Shown one piece after another: positions 35,472-43,918 of a DNA stretch of 44,852 nt. The stretch lies in sequence record PZ239914.1. One strand, 5' to 3'. Under the pieces are notes generated by a model. It ran no database searches and was not told the DNA's origin. It saw only the letters and a list, made by a program, of their open reading frames with translations. Position 1 is the stretch's first letter; each line of letters begins with the position of its first letter. This stretch comes from a phage. The position numbers and the translations under genes were made by a program.

Positions 35472-35667
35472 TCACTCCGTCGACAGGATGCAGGACGCAA
35501 ACTGGAGAGGGGCAACGCAGGGGCCGGATCGAAGTGTCAGGATTCCCAACCGTGATTATATAACCCGGTCCACTACCCGAACGGGAGAACGCGCAACCGG
35601 GCAATATGTTAAGGCCACCGACGAAGTTAACTGCCGACACCTAAACTTAACCAATCGGAGATATACC

Positions 35668-36183
35668 ATGTTTGAGCAAATCGTAAACCTGATCACTCGC
35701 GGCGTAGTAGCACTGGAAACCATCGCTAAACATTATGAAACCGTTGGCGCTGCCGTTGGTAAGCAGGAAGACAAGAAGCCGTCTAAGGCCAAAAAAGAAG
35801 TTGTCGAAGATGACGACAATGACGCCGAAGACGAAAAACCGGCTAAATCTAAAAAAGCCCCGGCGAAAGGCAAGGCCAAAAAAGAAGTCGTAGAAGATGA
35901 CGACGATGATGCCGAAGACGAAAAACCGGCTAAATCTAAAAAAGCCCCGGCGAAAGGCAAAGGTAAGAAAGATGCCGATCCGCTGGCGGAGATGCGCGAC
36001 GAAATCAAACAATATGCCGCTATTATTGCCGGTGGCGATGACGACGACGCGAACGACGAATTCGACGACCTGCTGGAATCGTTCGAGATCAAATCAATCG
36101 CCAAGCTGGAAGATGACGACGTCGAAGACTTCCACACAGAGTTGAAAGAGATCGTCGAAACCTATTTCGAACTGGAAGATTAA
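35668..36183 (+). CDS. highly acidic tandem-repeat protein (171 aa), candidate DNA mimic
   Basis: ATG with GGAGA RBS; two 29-aa repeats KKEVVEDDD(N/D)DAEDEKPAKSKKAPAKGK; Asp/Glu-rich C-terminus; first gene after the strong promoter. Confidence 0.6.
   Translation: MFEQIVNLITRGVVALETIAKHYETVGAAVGKQEDKKPSKAKKEVVEDDDNDAEDEKPAKSKKAPAKGKAKKEVVEDDDDDAEDEKPAKSKKAPAKGKGKKDADPLAEMRDEIKQYAAIIAGGDDDDANDEFDDLLESFEIKSIAKLEDDDVEDFHTELKEIVETYFELED
35791..35964 (+). repeat. 2 x 87-bp in-frame tandem direct repeat
   Basis: 35791-35877 and 35878-35964 are near-identical. Confidence 0.8.
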
Positions 36184-36191
36184 TGTATTCC

Positions 36192-36218
36192 GGCCCGCTA
36201 ATCTGCGGGCCTCTTTTT
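36192..36218 (+). terminator. intrinsic terminator after the acidic protein gene
   Basis: GGCCCGC-taatct-GCGGGCC followed by a T-run. Confidence 0.55.
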
Positions 36219-36231
36219 AGAGGACGAGACA

Positions 36232-36483
36232 ATGGCACGCTTCACGCTAATCGAGGCGGTGGACTCCCGCGACCAACGCCCGTATTATTGGCTATTCGAA
36301 CGCATCGGCAATTTTCAGTCACGCGTTGCCGTAATAGACAAACGCCGCAACACCCCCGCGCAAATTAAGCGCACCACCTTTACTAATCCCGACTTTTATA
36401 TTTGGGCGGATTCCAATCTGGAATATGTTCGCTTCGCAGTTGCATCCGAAGCAAGAACAATCGACCGCTGGGAGACAAAATAA
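36232..36483 (+). CDS. hypothetical protein (83 aa)
   Basis: ATG with GGACGAGACA upstream; no recognised motif. Confidence 0.5.
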   Translation: MARFTLIEAVDSRDQRPYYWLFERIGNFQSRVAVIDKRRNTPAQIKRTTFTNPDFYIWADSNLEYVRFAVASEARTIDRWETK

Positions 36484-36671
36484 TGACTGTATTCTTTGTT
36501 TTATTTCGTTGCCGTATCACAGGCGACGAGCTTCCAGAAATAATTAGGCATGAGAACTGGCTTTGCTGTTGGGGGAAAGCCTGCGACCTGGCTTTTACAA
36601 TGAACGAAGACGCGAAGCGGGCCAATGTTGAACACGATTATTACATTGCTCAATTTTCAAGGGTGGAATAA
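36483..36671 (+). CDS. hypothetical Cys-containing small protein (62 aa)
   Basis: ATG overlapping the upstream stop (TAATG); GGGAG RBS. Confidence 0.4.
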   Translation: MTVFFVLFRCRITGDELPEIIRHENWLCCWGKACDLAFTMNEDAKRANVEHDYYIAQFSRVE

Positions 36672-38101
36672 TGGCGATTAAACCGAAGCGCAAAACACAA
36701 TCCGGTAGTAATACGGAACATTCATTACTCGGGCCATCCGGTGCTAAAAAATGGATGGGTTGCCCCGCCGCCCTGGTGGTAGAACAGGGCATCCCGAACG
36801 AATCCGGGCAAGCGGCGATTAACGGTACGAGTATGCACACCGTATCTGAAGTCGTGCTCAACCGCATCATTGCCGGTGAGAAGCTGATAACCGCGAAGAC
36901 GTACAAAGGGTGCTACGTCGAGAACGAAGGTAAGGGACCGGTAAAGGCACACCCAAAAGCGCCGAAAGGCGGCGTACTGGTCAACGACGATATGGTGAAA
37001 CAGTGCGACGCATACATCGACCACTGGCGACCGCTCCTCGAAGTGGCGGAGTTTGTTCAGCTTGAGATGCGCGCCGATCTCACCCGCGTCCTACACTCGG
37101 GCTTCGAGATCGACGGCAACCGGATTAAGACGTTCGGTACTGCAGATATGGTCATGGTCATGAAGAAGACCGACGGCACGTACATGCTGATTGTTGGCGA
37201 CCTGAAGACGGGGCGGCACAAGGTCGAGGCGAAAGAAAACAAACAGCTTATGTTGTATGCGCTGGGCCTGCTGCGCAAGCTGAAAACCATGTACGACATT
37301 ACAACCGTGCGCCTGGTTATCTTCCAACCGTATTGCGGCGGGGCGTCGGAGTGGGATATTTCGGTAGAAGCCCTGGAGATATTCGCGAAGTTTGCGTCCA
37401 AGCGTGCTATCGCCTCCCTGGAAGCGTACGCCCGCGGCAAAAAGGGACTCACCCGTGCCGACTTCCGACCGAGCGTTGATGCGTGTCAGTGGTGCAGATT
37501 TGCGGATCAGTGTAGCGCCCGCGCTAAGGCTGCAATCGACACGATGACCCCACCAACGGCAACAGACGAAGACCTGGGCGACGACGTGAGTATTGCGACA
37601 GAGGAAGAATGCGCCAATCACGACCGCAATATGGCCCGCGAAGCCCGCAAAGCGGCACGACGTGCGAAGCGTGGTAAAAAAGAAGCGGCCCCCGGCGCTA
37701 TGACCGCCGCGGAACTGCGCAAGGCTTATGAGGGTCTAGACGCAATGCGCCAGCACATCAAGGCTATCGAGTACGCGGTATTCAAGGCGGTTATGGCGGG
37801 CGATGGCGAATCGCTGGGCCTCAAGATGGTTGCCGGAAAGGAAGGAATCCGCAAGTGGGCGGACGAAAGCGAAGTGATTGAAATCTTCACGAAGGCCCGG
37901 ATCAAGCGCGATGTGATGTACAAAGAAACATTGCTCAGTCCTACGGATGCCGAGAAGGTACTGAAGGACGAGAAGCCGAAAGTATGGGCGAAGCTGTGTG
38001 ATAAAATCACGCGCGCACCGGCTAAACCGGTATTAGCACCAATCGACGACCCACGCCCTGCGTGGTCTGAAGCTACTGACGAGGACTTAAGCAATGAATA
38101 A
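36671..38101 (+). CDS. PD-(D/E)XK nuclease with Cas4-like cysteine cluster (DUF2800-like exonuclease)
   Basis: GTADMVMV...IVGDLKTG nuclease motif; CQWCRFADQCS Cys cluster; charged C-terminal extension; adjacent to an SSB-like gene. Confidence 0.7.
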   Translation: MAIKPKRKTQSGSNTEHSLLGPSGAKKWMGCPAALVVEQGIPNESGQAAINGTSMHTVSEVVLNRIIAGEKLITAKTYKGCYVENEGKGPVKAHPKAPKGGVLVNDDMVKQCDAYIDHWRPLLEVAEFVQLEMRADLTRVLHSGFEIDGNRIKTFGTADMVMVMKKTDGTYMLIVGDLKTGRHKVEAKENKQLMLYALGLLRKLKTMYDITTVRLVIFQPYCGGASEWDISVEALEIFAKFASKRAIASLEAYARGKKGLTRADFRPSVDACQWCRFADQCSARAKAAIDTMTPPTATDEDLGDDVSIATEEECANHDRNMAREARKAARRAKRGKKEAAPGAMTAAELRKAYEGLDAMRQHIKAIEYAVFKAVMAGDGESLGLKMVAGKEGIRKWADESEVIEIFTKARIKRDVMYKETLLSPTDAEKVLKDEKPKVWAKLCDKITRAPAKPVLAPIDDPRPAWSEATDEDLSNE

Positions 38102-38336
38102 AGTATTTGCAATCTTATTGATGTTTGTTATCGGCGCGCTGGGCTTTATCCTGAATTGTGTGCAAGGCGTGTTAATGGTGGCCTGGATGATTCGCCATCC
38201 AACCCGCTGGCTGGATGACGGCTATAGTGAAGCTGCCGTCGGTTGGTTGGAGAAGAACATCGACCGCCCGCCGTTAAGCTGGATCGAGAACGCTACCAAC
38301 TACGTGACCAGAAATCTTTTTAACGAAAATGCTTGA
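38094..38336 (+). CDS. hypothetical membrane protein (80 aa)
   Basis: Hydrophobic N-terminus AILLMFVIGALGFILNCVQGVLMVAWMI. Confidence 0.45.
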   Translation: MNKVFAILLMFVIGALGFILNCVQGVLMVAWMIRHPTRWLDDGYSEAAVGWLEKNIDRPPLSWIENATNYVTRNLFNENA

Positions 38337-38426
38337 CCGCTCAGGCGCAACCAAGTAAATTGGCAACCAAGCCGAACGGGGTGGCTTCCAATAACCCCGA
38401 TACATGTGAAAATGAGGAATTGGAAA

Positions 38427-39212
38427 ATGGCTAAAGTCAACCTGAAAAATGTGCGCGTATGCTTCCTGAAAATCTGGGAACGTGATACCCCTAAACAGGA
38501 TGGGCAAAAACCGGCATACCGTGCCGTGATTCTTCTTGATAAAGAAGATCCGCAGGTGGACAAAGTGGAAGCGGCAGCGCGCGCAGTGCTTACCGATAAG
38601 CTGAAATCCGAGAAGAATGCCGATAAGTGGATGGACCGCCACTACGCCCAGGATTCGAAGGAATGCGCAGTCCGCGACGGCGACGAGCGCGACGAAGTGA
38701 CCGAAGAATTCGAAGGCATGTTGTATATCAACGCCAAATCGTTCAAACAGCCTATCATTCAAACGTCACTCGGCGAGAAGCAGACTGAACAAGGTCTGAC
38801 CGTAGAAGGTGACGAGATCGAAGGCCAGGAGATCTACTCAGGTTGTTATTGCAACGTGTCCCTTGATATTTGGGCGTGGAACAACACCAACGGCAAGGGA
38901 CTCGGTGCTGGCTTGCTGGGTTTACGCTTCCGTGATGACGGTGAAGCCTTCGGCGGTGGCGGGTCTTCTTGCTCCGATGAAGACCTGGACAACGACGACG
39001 AAGACGAAGCACCGCGCAAGGCTAAGAAGTCAAAACGTCGTGATGACGATGATGAAGATGACAAGCCGCGCAAGTCCGAGAAATCCAAGCGCCGCGATGA
39101 CGACGACGATGAGGAAGATGAAAAACCTCGCAAACGCCGCAAGTCCCGCGATGACGAAGATGAGGACGAAGACGACGAAGACGAAGCACCACGTAAACGT
39201 CGCCGCCGTTAA
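38427..39212 (+). CDS. phage ssDNA-binding protein-like (DUF2815-like) with alternating acidic/basic C-terminal repeats
   Basis: Start at the ATG with GAGGA RBS; family call from recalled N-terminal similarity and position next to the nuclease; C-terminal DDDEDEAPRKAKKSKRR-type repeats. Confidence 0.55.
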   Translation: MAKVNLKNVRVCFLKIWERDTPKQDGQKPAYRAVILLDKEDPQVDKVEAAARAVLTDKLKSEKNADKWMDRHYAQDSKECAVRDGDERDEVTEEFEGMLYINAKSFKQPIIQTSLGEKQTEQGLTVEGDEIEGQEIYSGCYCNVSLDIWAWNNTNGKGLGAGLLGLRFRDDGEAFGGGGSSCSDEDLDNDDEDEAPRKAKKSKRRDDDDEDDKPRKSEKSKRRDDDDDEEDEKPRKRRKSRDDEDEDEDDEDEAPRKRRRR

Positions 39213-39230
39213 GGGCAAAGCCCACTATTC

Positions 39231-39255
39231 AAGCCCGCTTAATGCGGGCTTTTTA
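39231..39255 (+). terminator. intrinsic terminator after the SSB-like gene
   Basis: AAGCCCGC-ttaat-GCGGGCTT followed by a T-run. Confidence 0.55.
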
Positions 39256-39270
39256 ATAGGACAACGAAAA

Positions 39271-39441
39271 ATGCGTATTAAAGCCAGCGAAGTAAAAGTC
39301 GGAATGCAAGTATGGTCCAAGCTACTGGGTGAATATTTTACCGTTGCAGAGATTCGCAACAATGGCGAAGAGATTGCCCTGTCTGACGGCATCTTCTCCA
39401 TGATCGGCAGCGCTGACGCCGTAGTGAGGATAAAGCAATGA
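39271..39441 (+). CDS. hypothetical small protein (56 aa)
   Basis: ATG with AGGA upstream; stop overlaps the polymerase start (ATGA). Confidence 0.4.
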   Translation: MRIKASEVKVGMQVWSKLLGEYFTVAEIRNNGEEIALSDGIFSMIGSADAVVRIKQ

Positions 39442-41729
39442 AAGACTTCGAACGCCTGTTTCTCGACACAGAGACATTTAGCGATGTGGACCTGAAGAAA
39501 GTAGGCGCTTACGCCTACGCGGAGCACCCATCGACCGAGATTATGATTTGCACCTACGCCATCGACGAGGGCCGCGTGCAGACATGGGATTGCACCGAGT
39601 CCCCCACAATGCCGCGTGAACTGCGCAAGGCGCTCCGCCGGGTATCCCGCCAGAAAGCAAAAATCGTGATGGCTAACGGCCTCCTGTTTGACCGCCTGGT
39701 TATTCGCGAGAAGTGGGGTATTGACCTGCCGGTAAGCCAGATCGAAGACACCATGATTATGGCCTTTCGCCACGCGCTGCCCGGAAGCCTCGATATGCAG
39801 TGCCTGGTGCTGGGCGTTGACGCGGAGCACGCGAAGGATAAGACTGGCAAGGCGCTGATCAAACGGTTCTGTAAGCCTACCCCTAAGACCTACAAAATCC
39901 GCCGCTACACTCGCGAGACTCACCCAGAAGAGTGGGCCAAATTTCTGCGCTATGCCGCGCTGGATATTATCGCGATGCGTGAAGTCTACTGGCGCATACC
40001 GGACTGGGGTAATACCCCGAAAGAAGATGAAATCCTGCTCATCGACCAGTTGATTAACGACCGCGGCTTCTACGTAGACGTTGACCTGGCGAACGCCGCG
40101 ATCCGGGCGGTGCAGGCGCATAAGGAAGAACTGAAAGAAGAAGCCTGGGAGCGATTTGGCGGTAAGCTGACCGGCAATGACTTCCTGCCAATCCTGCGTG
40201 ATATCGCCCCGGCGTTCACGATCCACAACGCGCAGAAATCCACGCTTAACGACCTTCTTGAAGACCCTGACTTCCCCGACGAAGGCAAAGCGCTTATCGA
40301 AATGCGCCTCGGAGCGTCATCAACGGCATCGTCTAAGTACAATCCGCTCGTTAACGGCCTATCCGCCGATGGACGCCGCCGTGGGTGTATTCAGTATGGT
40401 GGCGCAAAGCGCACGCTGCGCTGGGCCGGTAAAGGCTTCCAGCCGCAAAACCTGGCACGTGGCGAGTACAGCGACGACCACGAAGGGAAGATTAAACGCC
40501 GCGAGGGTGAAAGCGACGTCTCGTTTTGGGTCCGGTCGCACATGCTCACCAACGGCATCAACTCCCTGTTACGCGGGACCGCACACTGGGCGTACGATAT
40601 ATCGAAGCTGACCGCCTCGACCGTTCGCGGGTGCATTATTCCGGCGAAGGGCAAGAAGTTTGTCGTAGCGGACTACGCCAACGTGGAAGGGCGTGGACTT
40701 GCCTGGATCGCTGGCGAGAAAACAGCGTTAATGGTCTTTAAGGCCGGTCGCGATATCTATTGCGAGACTGCCGGTAAGATGTTCGGCCTGGACCCGGACT
40801 ACATTAAAGCCAACCGCAAGGACTTACGCCAGATCGGTAAGGCGTGCGAATTGGGACTGGGCTATGGTGGCGGCGTGGCAGCGTTCTTGCAGTTCGCTAA
40901 AAACCTGGGCCTCGACCTTTACACTATGGCGGACGTGATGAAAGGCACGTTCCCGGATCACATTTGGGCGGCGGCGAAACGTGGTTATGAGTACGCCCGC
41001 ATTAACGAAGCGAAGCGCCCGCCGAAGCTTGGTAAGAAAGACGAGCGCCCAACCTACATACTGCCTAAAAACGTTTGGCTGACGTGCGACGCGATCAAAC
41101 GCATGTGGCGTGAGGCTCACCCGAAGACGGTCGCCTTTTGGGCCGAGCTTGAGGACGCGGTGTTGTGTGCAATCCGCAATCCGGGCAAAGCATACTGGGC
41201 TGGCGCTAACGTTCGCCCGGACGGCAGGAAAGCGCTTAAGATTGTGCGCACGAAGGCGAAGCACGACCCAACCTTCGACGAGGAGCGCGACGACCCGAAC
41301 GCCGCGGGGTGGTGGTTGAAAATTGAGTTGCCGTCGGGGCGCATCATGAGCTACCCCGGCATCGCGTTGTCTGTCACGACCGAGATCGACGAAGACACCG
41401 GCAAGAAGCGCACCAGCACCCGCATTAAATATCAGGGCGAGAATCAGACGACGCGCCAGTGGGGCTTCCAGTATACCTACGGCGGCAAACTGACGGAGAA
41501 CATCGTACAGGCGTTGTGCCGCGATATTCTCGCATGGTCCATGCCTGGCGTTGAGGCCGCGGGGTATGAAATCGTCCTGTCGGTGCACGATGAATTGATC
41601 ACCGAAGTGCCGGATACTGACGACTACACGACCGAGGAGCTATGCGCGCTGATGTGCGACCTGCCTGTTTGGGCGAAAGGGTTCCCACTCGCCGCAGAAG
41701 GCGACATTATGTACAGGTACAGGAAGTAA
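39438..41729 (+). CDS. family A DNA polymerase with N-terminal 3'-5' exonuclease domain
   Basis: Exo I-like LFLDTETFS; motif A-like VADYANVEGRG; motif B-like RQIGKACELGLGYGGG; motif C-like SVHDEL. Confidence 0.9.
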   Translation: MKDFERLFLDTETFSDVDLKKVGAYAYAEHPSTEIMICTYAIDEGRVQTWDCTESPTMPRELRKALRRVSRQKAKIVMANGLLFDRLVIREKWGIDLPVSQIEDTMIMAFRHALPGSLDMQCLVLGVDAEHAKDKTGKALIKRFCKPTPKTYKIRRYTRETHPEEWAKFLRYAALDIIAMREVYWRIPDWGNTPKEDEILLIDQLINDRGFYVDVDLANAAIRAVQAHKEELKEEAWERFGGKLTGNDFLPILRDIAPAFTIHNAQKSTLNDLLEDPDFPDEGKALIEMRLGASSTASSKYNPLVNGLSADGRRRGCIQYGGAKRTLRWAGKGFQPQNLARGEYSDDHEGKIKRREGESDVSFWVRSHMLTNGINSLLRGTAHWAYDISKLTASTVRGCIIPAKGKKFVVADYANVEGRGLAWIAGEKTALMVFKAGRDIYCETAGKMFGLDPDYIKANRKDLRQIGKACELGLGYGGGVAAFLQFAKNLGLDLYTMADVMKGTFPDHIWAAAKRGYEYARINEAKRPPKLGKKDERPTYILPKNVWLTCDAIKRMWREAHPKTVAFWAELEDAVLCAIRNPGKAYWAGANVRPDGRKALKIVRTKAKHDPTFDEERDDPNAAGWWLKIELPSGRIMSYPGIALSVTTEIDEDTGKKRTSTRIKYQGENQTTRQWGFQYTYGGKLTENIVQALCRDILAWSMPGVEAAGYEIVLSVHDELITEVPDTDDYTTEELCALMCDLPVWAKGFPLAAEGDIMYRYRK

Positions 41730-41733
41730 GATT

Positions 41734-42012
41734 ATGACACCAGAAGGCAAGGTGCAGCGTCACCTGATGAAACGGGTGAAAGAGGTCGGCGGATTCTGCC
41801 GAAAACTGGCATGGGAGGGGCGCGCGGGTGCGCCCGACCTGATTATTATCATCAACGGCAAAATAGTGTTCGTCGAAGTGAAGCGCCACGGAGGAAAACC
41901 GAAGCCGCACCAGGTACGTGAACATGAGCGAATGGTCCGCCGCGGTGCTGACGTTCGCGTCATCGACAACATAGCCGACTGCGATTTATTGGTTGCTGAA
42001 TTGGTCGCGTAG
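41734..42012 (+). CDS. VRR-NUC domain nuclease
   Basis: 92 aa; GAPDLIIIINGKIVFVEVKRHGGKPKPHQ pattern typical of VRR-NUC. Confidence 0.75.
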   Translation: MTPEGKVQRHLMKRVKEVGGFCRKLAWEGRAGAPDLIIIINGKIVFVEVKRHGGKPKPHQVREHERMVRRGADVRVIDNIADCDLLVAELVA

Positions 42013-42052
42013 CGGTATAGTGTGCAGGTTGGCACTATCGAGGATTTTAGAA

Positions 42053-42226
42053 ATGATTGAAGAAAAACGTTGTAGTAATTGCGGCTGCGTCAAGCCGCTG
42101 TCCCAGTTCCACAAATACACCGGTAAGACTGCGCGAAGTCCAGACGGTCATCGGGCCGAGTGCAAGTCGTGCCGCAATAAGAAAGAGCGCGAACGGCAGC
42201 GCCGCTATCGCGCAGAACAAGAATAA
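42053..42226 (+). CDS. zinc-ribbon protein (57 aa)
   Basis: CSNCGC...CKSC Cys pairs with a basic C-terminus; GAGGA RBS. Confidence 0.5.
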   Translation: MIEEKRCSNCGCVKPLSQFHKYTGKTARSPDGHRAECKSCRNKKERERQRRYRAEQE

Positions 42227-42233
42227 TCAATAC

Positions 42234-42256
42234 GGCGGGCCTGTCCCGCCATTTTT
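42234..42256 (+). terminator. intrinsic terminator
   Basis: GGCGGG-cctgt-CCCGCC followed by ATTTTT. Confidence 0.5.
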
Positions 42257-42264
42257 AGCGAGAC

Positions 42265-42489
42265 ATGACGATGAAAGAACATTACCGACTCACCAAGCTG
42301 GGAGAATGCAAACCAGGCGATCGCGTATGGTTTATCGCGGGCATGAACTACCCGCTGCCGTTGACGGTGTGCTGGCAGAAGTTTAATAGCTTCCGGGCTA
42401 CCGGTGTCCACATCGGACACGCCACCAACTACGACGCCACAAAGAGGAACTGGGATAGTGAAACCGAAGTCTGGAAAAAGGCGGAATAA
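42265..42489 (+). CDS. hypothetical protein (74 aa)
   Basis: ORF-track ORF; alternative ATG at 42271. Confidence 0.45.
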   Translation: MTMKEHYRLTKLGECKPGDRVWFIAGMNYPLPLTVCWQKFNSFRATGVHIGHATNYDATKRNWDSETEVWKKAE

Positions 42490-42493
42490 AGAA

Positions 42494-43918
42494 ATGGCAC
42501 GATTCCGACGCCGCGAATATCAGAAGTTGATTACCGCGTTCATCCTCAAGCATAAGCGATGTAATATCTGGGCGACAATGGGTTCCGGTAAAACCGGCGC
42601 GACAATGTGGGCGCTGAATAAAATGTTCCAGACGGGCATCCTATCCCACCAGGCGGACCGCGTACTGGTGCTGGCCCCGCTGCGCGTTGCATCCGGCACC
42701 TGGCCCCCGGAGCAAGAAAAATGGCGGTTCTCCTCCTTGCTGGTAGTAGACGGCACCGGGCCAGAGAAAGACCGCATAGCCGCGCTGGAGAGCGACGCTA
42801 ACGTGGTTTGTGTTAACTATGATGTGGTTGAGTGGCTGGTTGACTATTACGGCGATGCGTGGCCATTTACGGTCGTTGTTGCCGATGAATCCACTAAGCT
42901 GAAAGGCTACCGAAGCAAGCAAGGCAGTAAGCGCGCACGCGCACTGGCCGCGATTGCACATAAACACGTCAAGCGCTGGATTAACCTGACCGGCACACCC
43001 GCGCCAAATGGCTTGAAAGACTTATGGGGTCAGACGTGGTTTGTCGACGGCGGCGAACGCCTCGGCAGTAGCTATAAGGCATTTACCGATCGCTGGTTCA
43101 TTAGCAAGCCTGTTAAGCCTGGCAGCTTCTCTATGCAGCACGCCCCGCTAAAGAACTCCGAGAAAGAGATACAACAACGTCTGTCTGACGTGTCCCTAAC
43201 CGTTGACGCGGCTGAATACTTCGGATGTGACAAGCCAATCTATACGCCGGTTGTTGTGGACCTGCCGAAGAAAGCCCGCAAGATTTACGACCAGTTTGAA
43301 AGTGAGCTATTTGCCGAACTGGAAAGCGGAACAGTGGAGGCGGCGAACGCCGCGGCGAAGACAATTAAGTGCCTTCAGCTAGCTTCCGGCGCTGTGTATA
43401 AGGTAGACGAAGACGGGGAACGGACAGACGAGTGGGTGAAGATTCACGACGCTAAGCTGGACGCGCTGGAAAGTATCGTGGAGGAGTTGAACGGTGCACC
43501 GTTGCTCGTTGCGTACCAATACAAACATGACCTGGCTCGTCTTAAGAAGAAATTTCCACACGGCGTTGCGTTGGGTAAAGGTAAGCAGGGCAATAAGGAT
43601 ATAGAAGCGTGGAACAGAGGCGAGATCCCCATCATGTTTGCACACCCGGCATCGGCAGGCCACGGCCTTAACTTGCAGGACGGAGGACATCACCTGGCAA
43701 TCTTCTCCGATACCTGGAACTTTGAGCACTTTTCGCAGATCGTTGAACGTATCGGGCCGGTTCGCCAGATGCAAGCAGGACACCCCCGTCCGGTATTCGT
43801 CTACATTATCCAGGCGCGCGGGACTTTGGACGAATTGGTTGCCGAGCGCCGCGACAGTAAGCGAGATATCCAGGACGACTTGATGGAATACATGAAAGCT
43901 AAAAAGGCGCGCAAATGA
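42494..43918 (+). CDS. SNF2-family helicase/ATPase
   Basis: Walker A GSGKTG; DExx box VVADEST; C-terminal helicase-like region; start reassigned to the ATG at 42494. Confidence 0.85.
   Translation: MARFRRREYQKLITAFILKHKRCNIWATMGSGKTGATMWALNKMFQTGILSHQADRVLVLAPLRVASGTWPPEQEKWRFSSLLVVDGTGPEKDRIAALESDANVVCVNYDVVEWLVDYYGDAWPFTVVVADESTKLKGYRSKQGSKRARALAAIAHKHVKRWINLTGTPAPNGLKDLWGQTWFVDGGERLGSSYKAFTDRWFISKPVKPGSFSMQHAPLKNSEKEIQQRLSDVSLTVDAAEYFGCDKPIYTPVVVDLPKKARKIYDQFESELFAELESGTVEAANAAAKTIKCLQLASGAVYKVDEDGERTDEWVKIHDAKLDALESIVEELNGAPLLVAYQYKHDLARLKKKFPHGVALGKGKQGNKDIEAWNRGEIPIMFAHPASAGHGLNLQDGGHHLAIFSDTWNFEHFSQIVERIGPVRQMQAGHPRPVFVYIIQARGTLDELVAERRDSKRDIQDDLMEYMKAKKARK

Noticed and set aside
35488-35667. 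N-terminal extension of the acidic protein from the ATG at 35488
   Set aside because: That ATG sits essentially at the predicted transcription start with no RBS, and the extension is Arg/Thr-rich unlike the rest of the protein; the ATG at 35668 has a GGAGA RBS.
35733-36137. Minus-strand ORFs of 121-134 aa antisense to the acidic protein gene
   Set aside because: They are poly-Ser/Phe mirror frames of the acidic repeats.
38809-39441. Plus-strand 210-aa ORF overlapping the SSB-like gene
   Set aside because: It is an alternative frame through the charged repeat region; the SSB frame has the RBS and coherent N-terminal sequence. Only its last 56 codons (39271-39441) are retained as a separate small gene.
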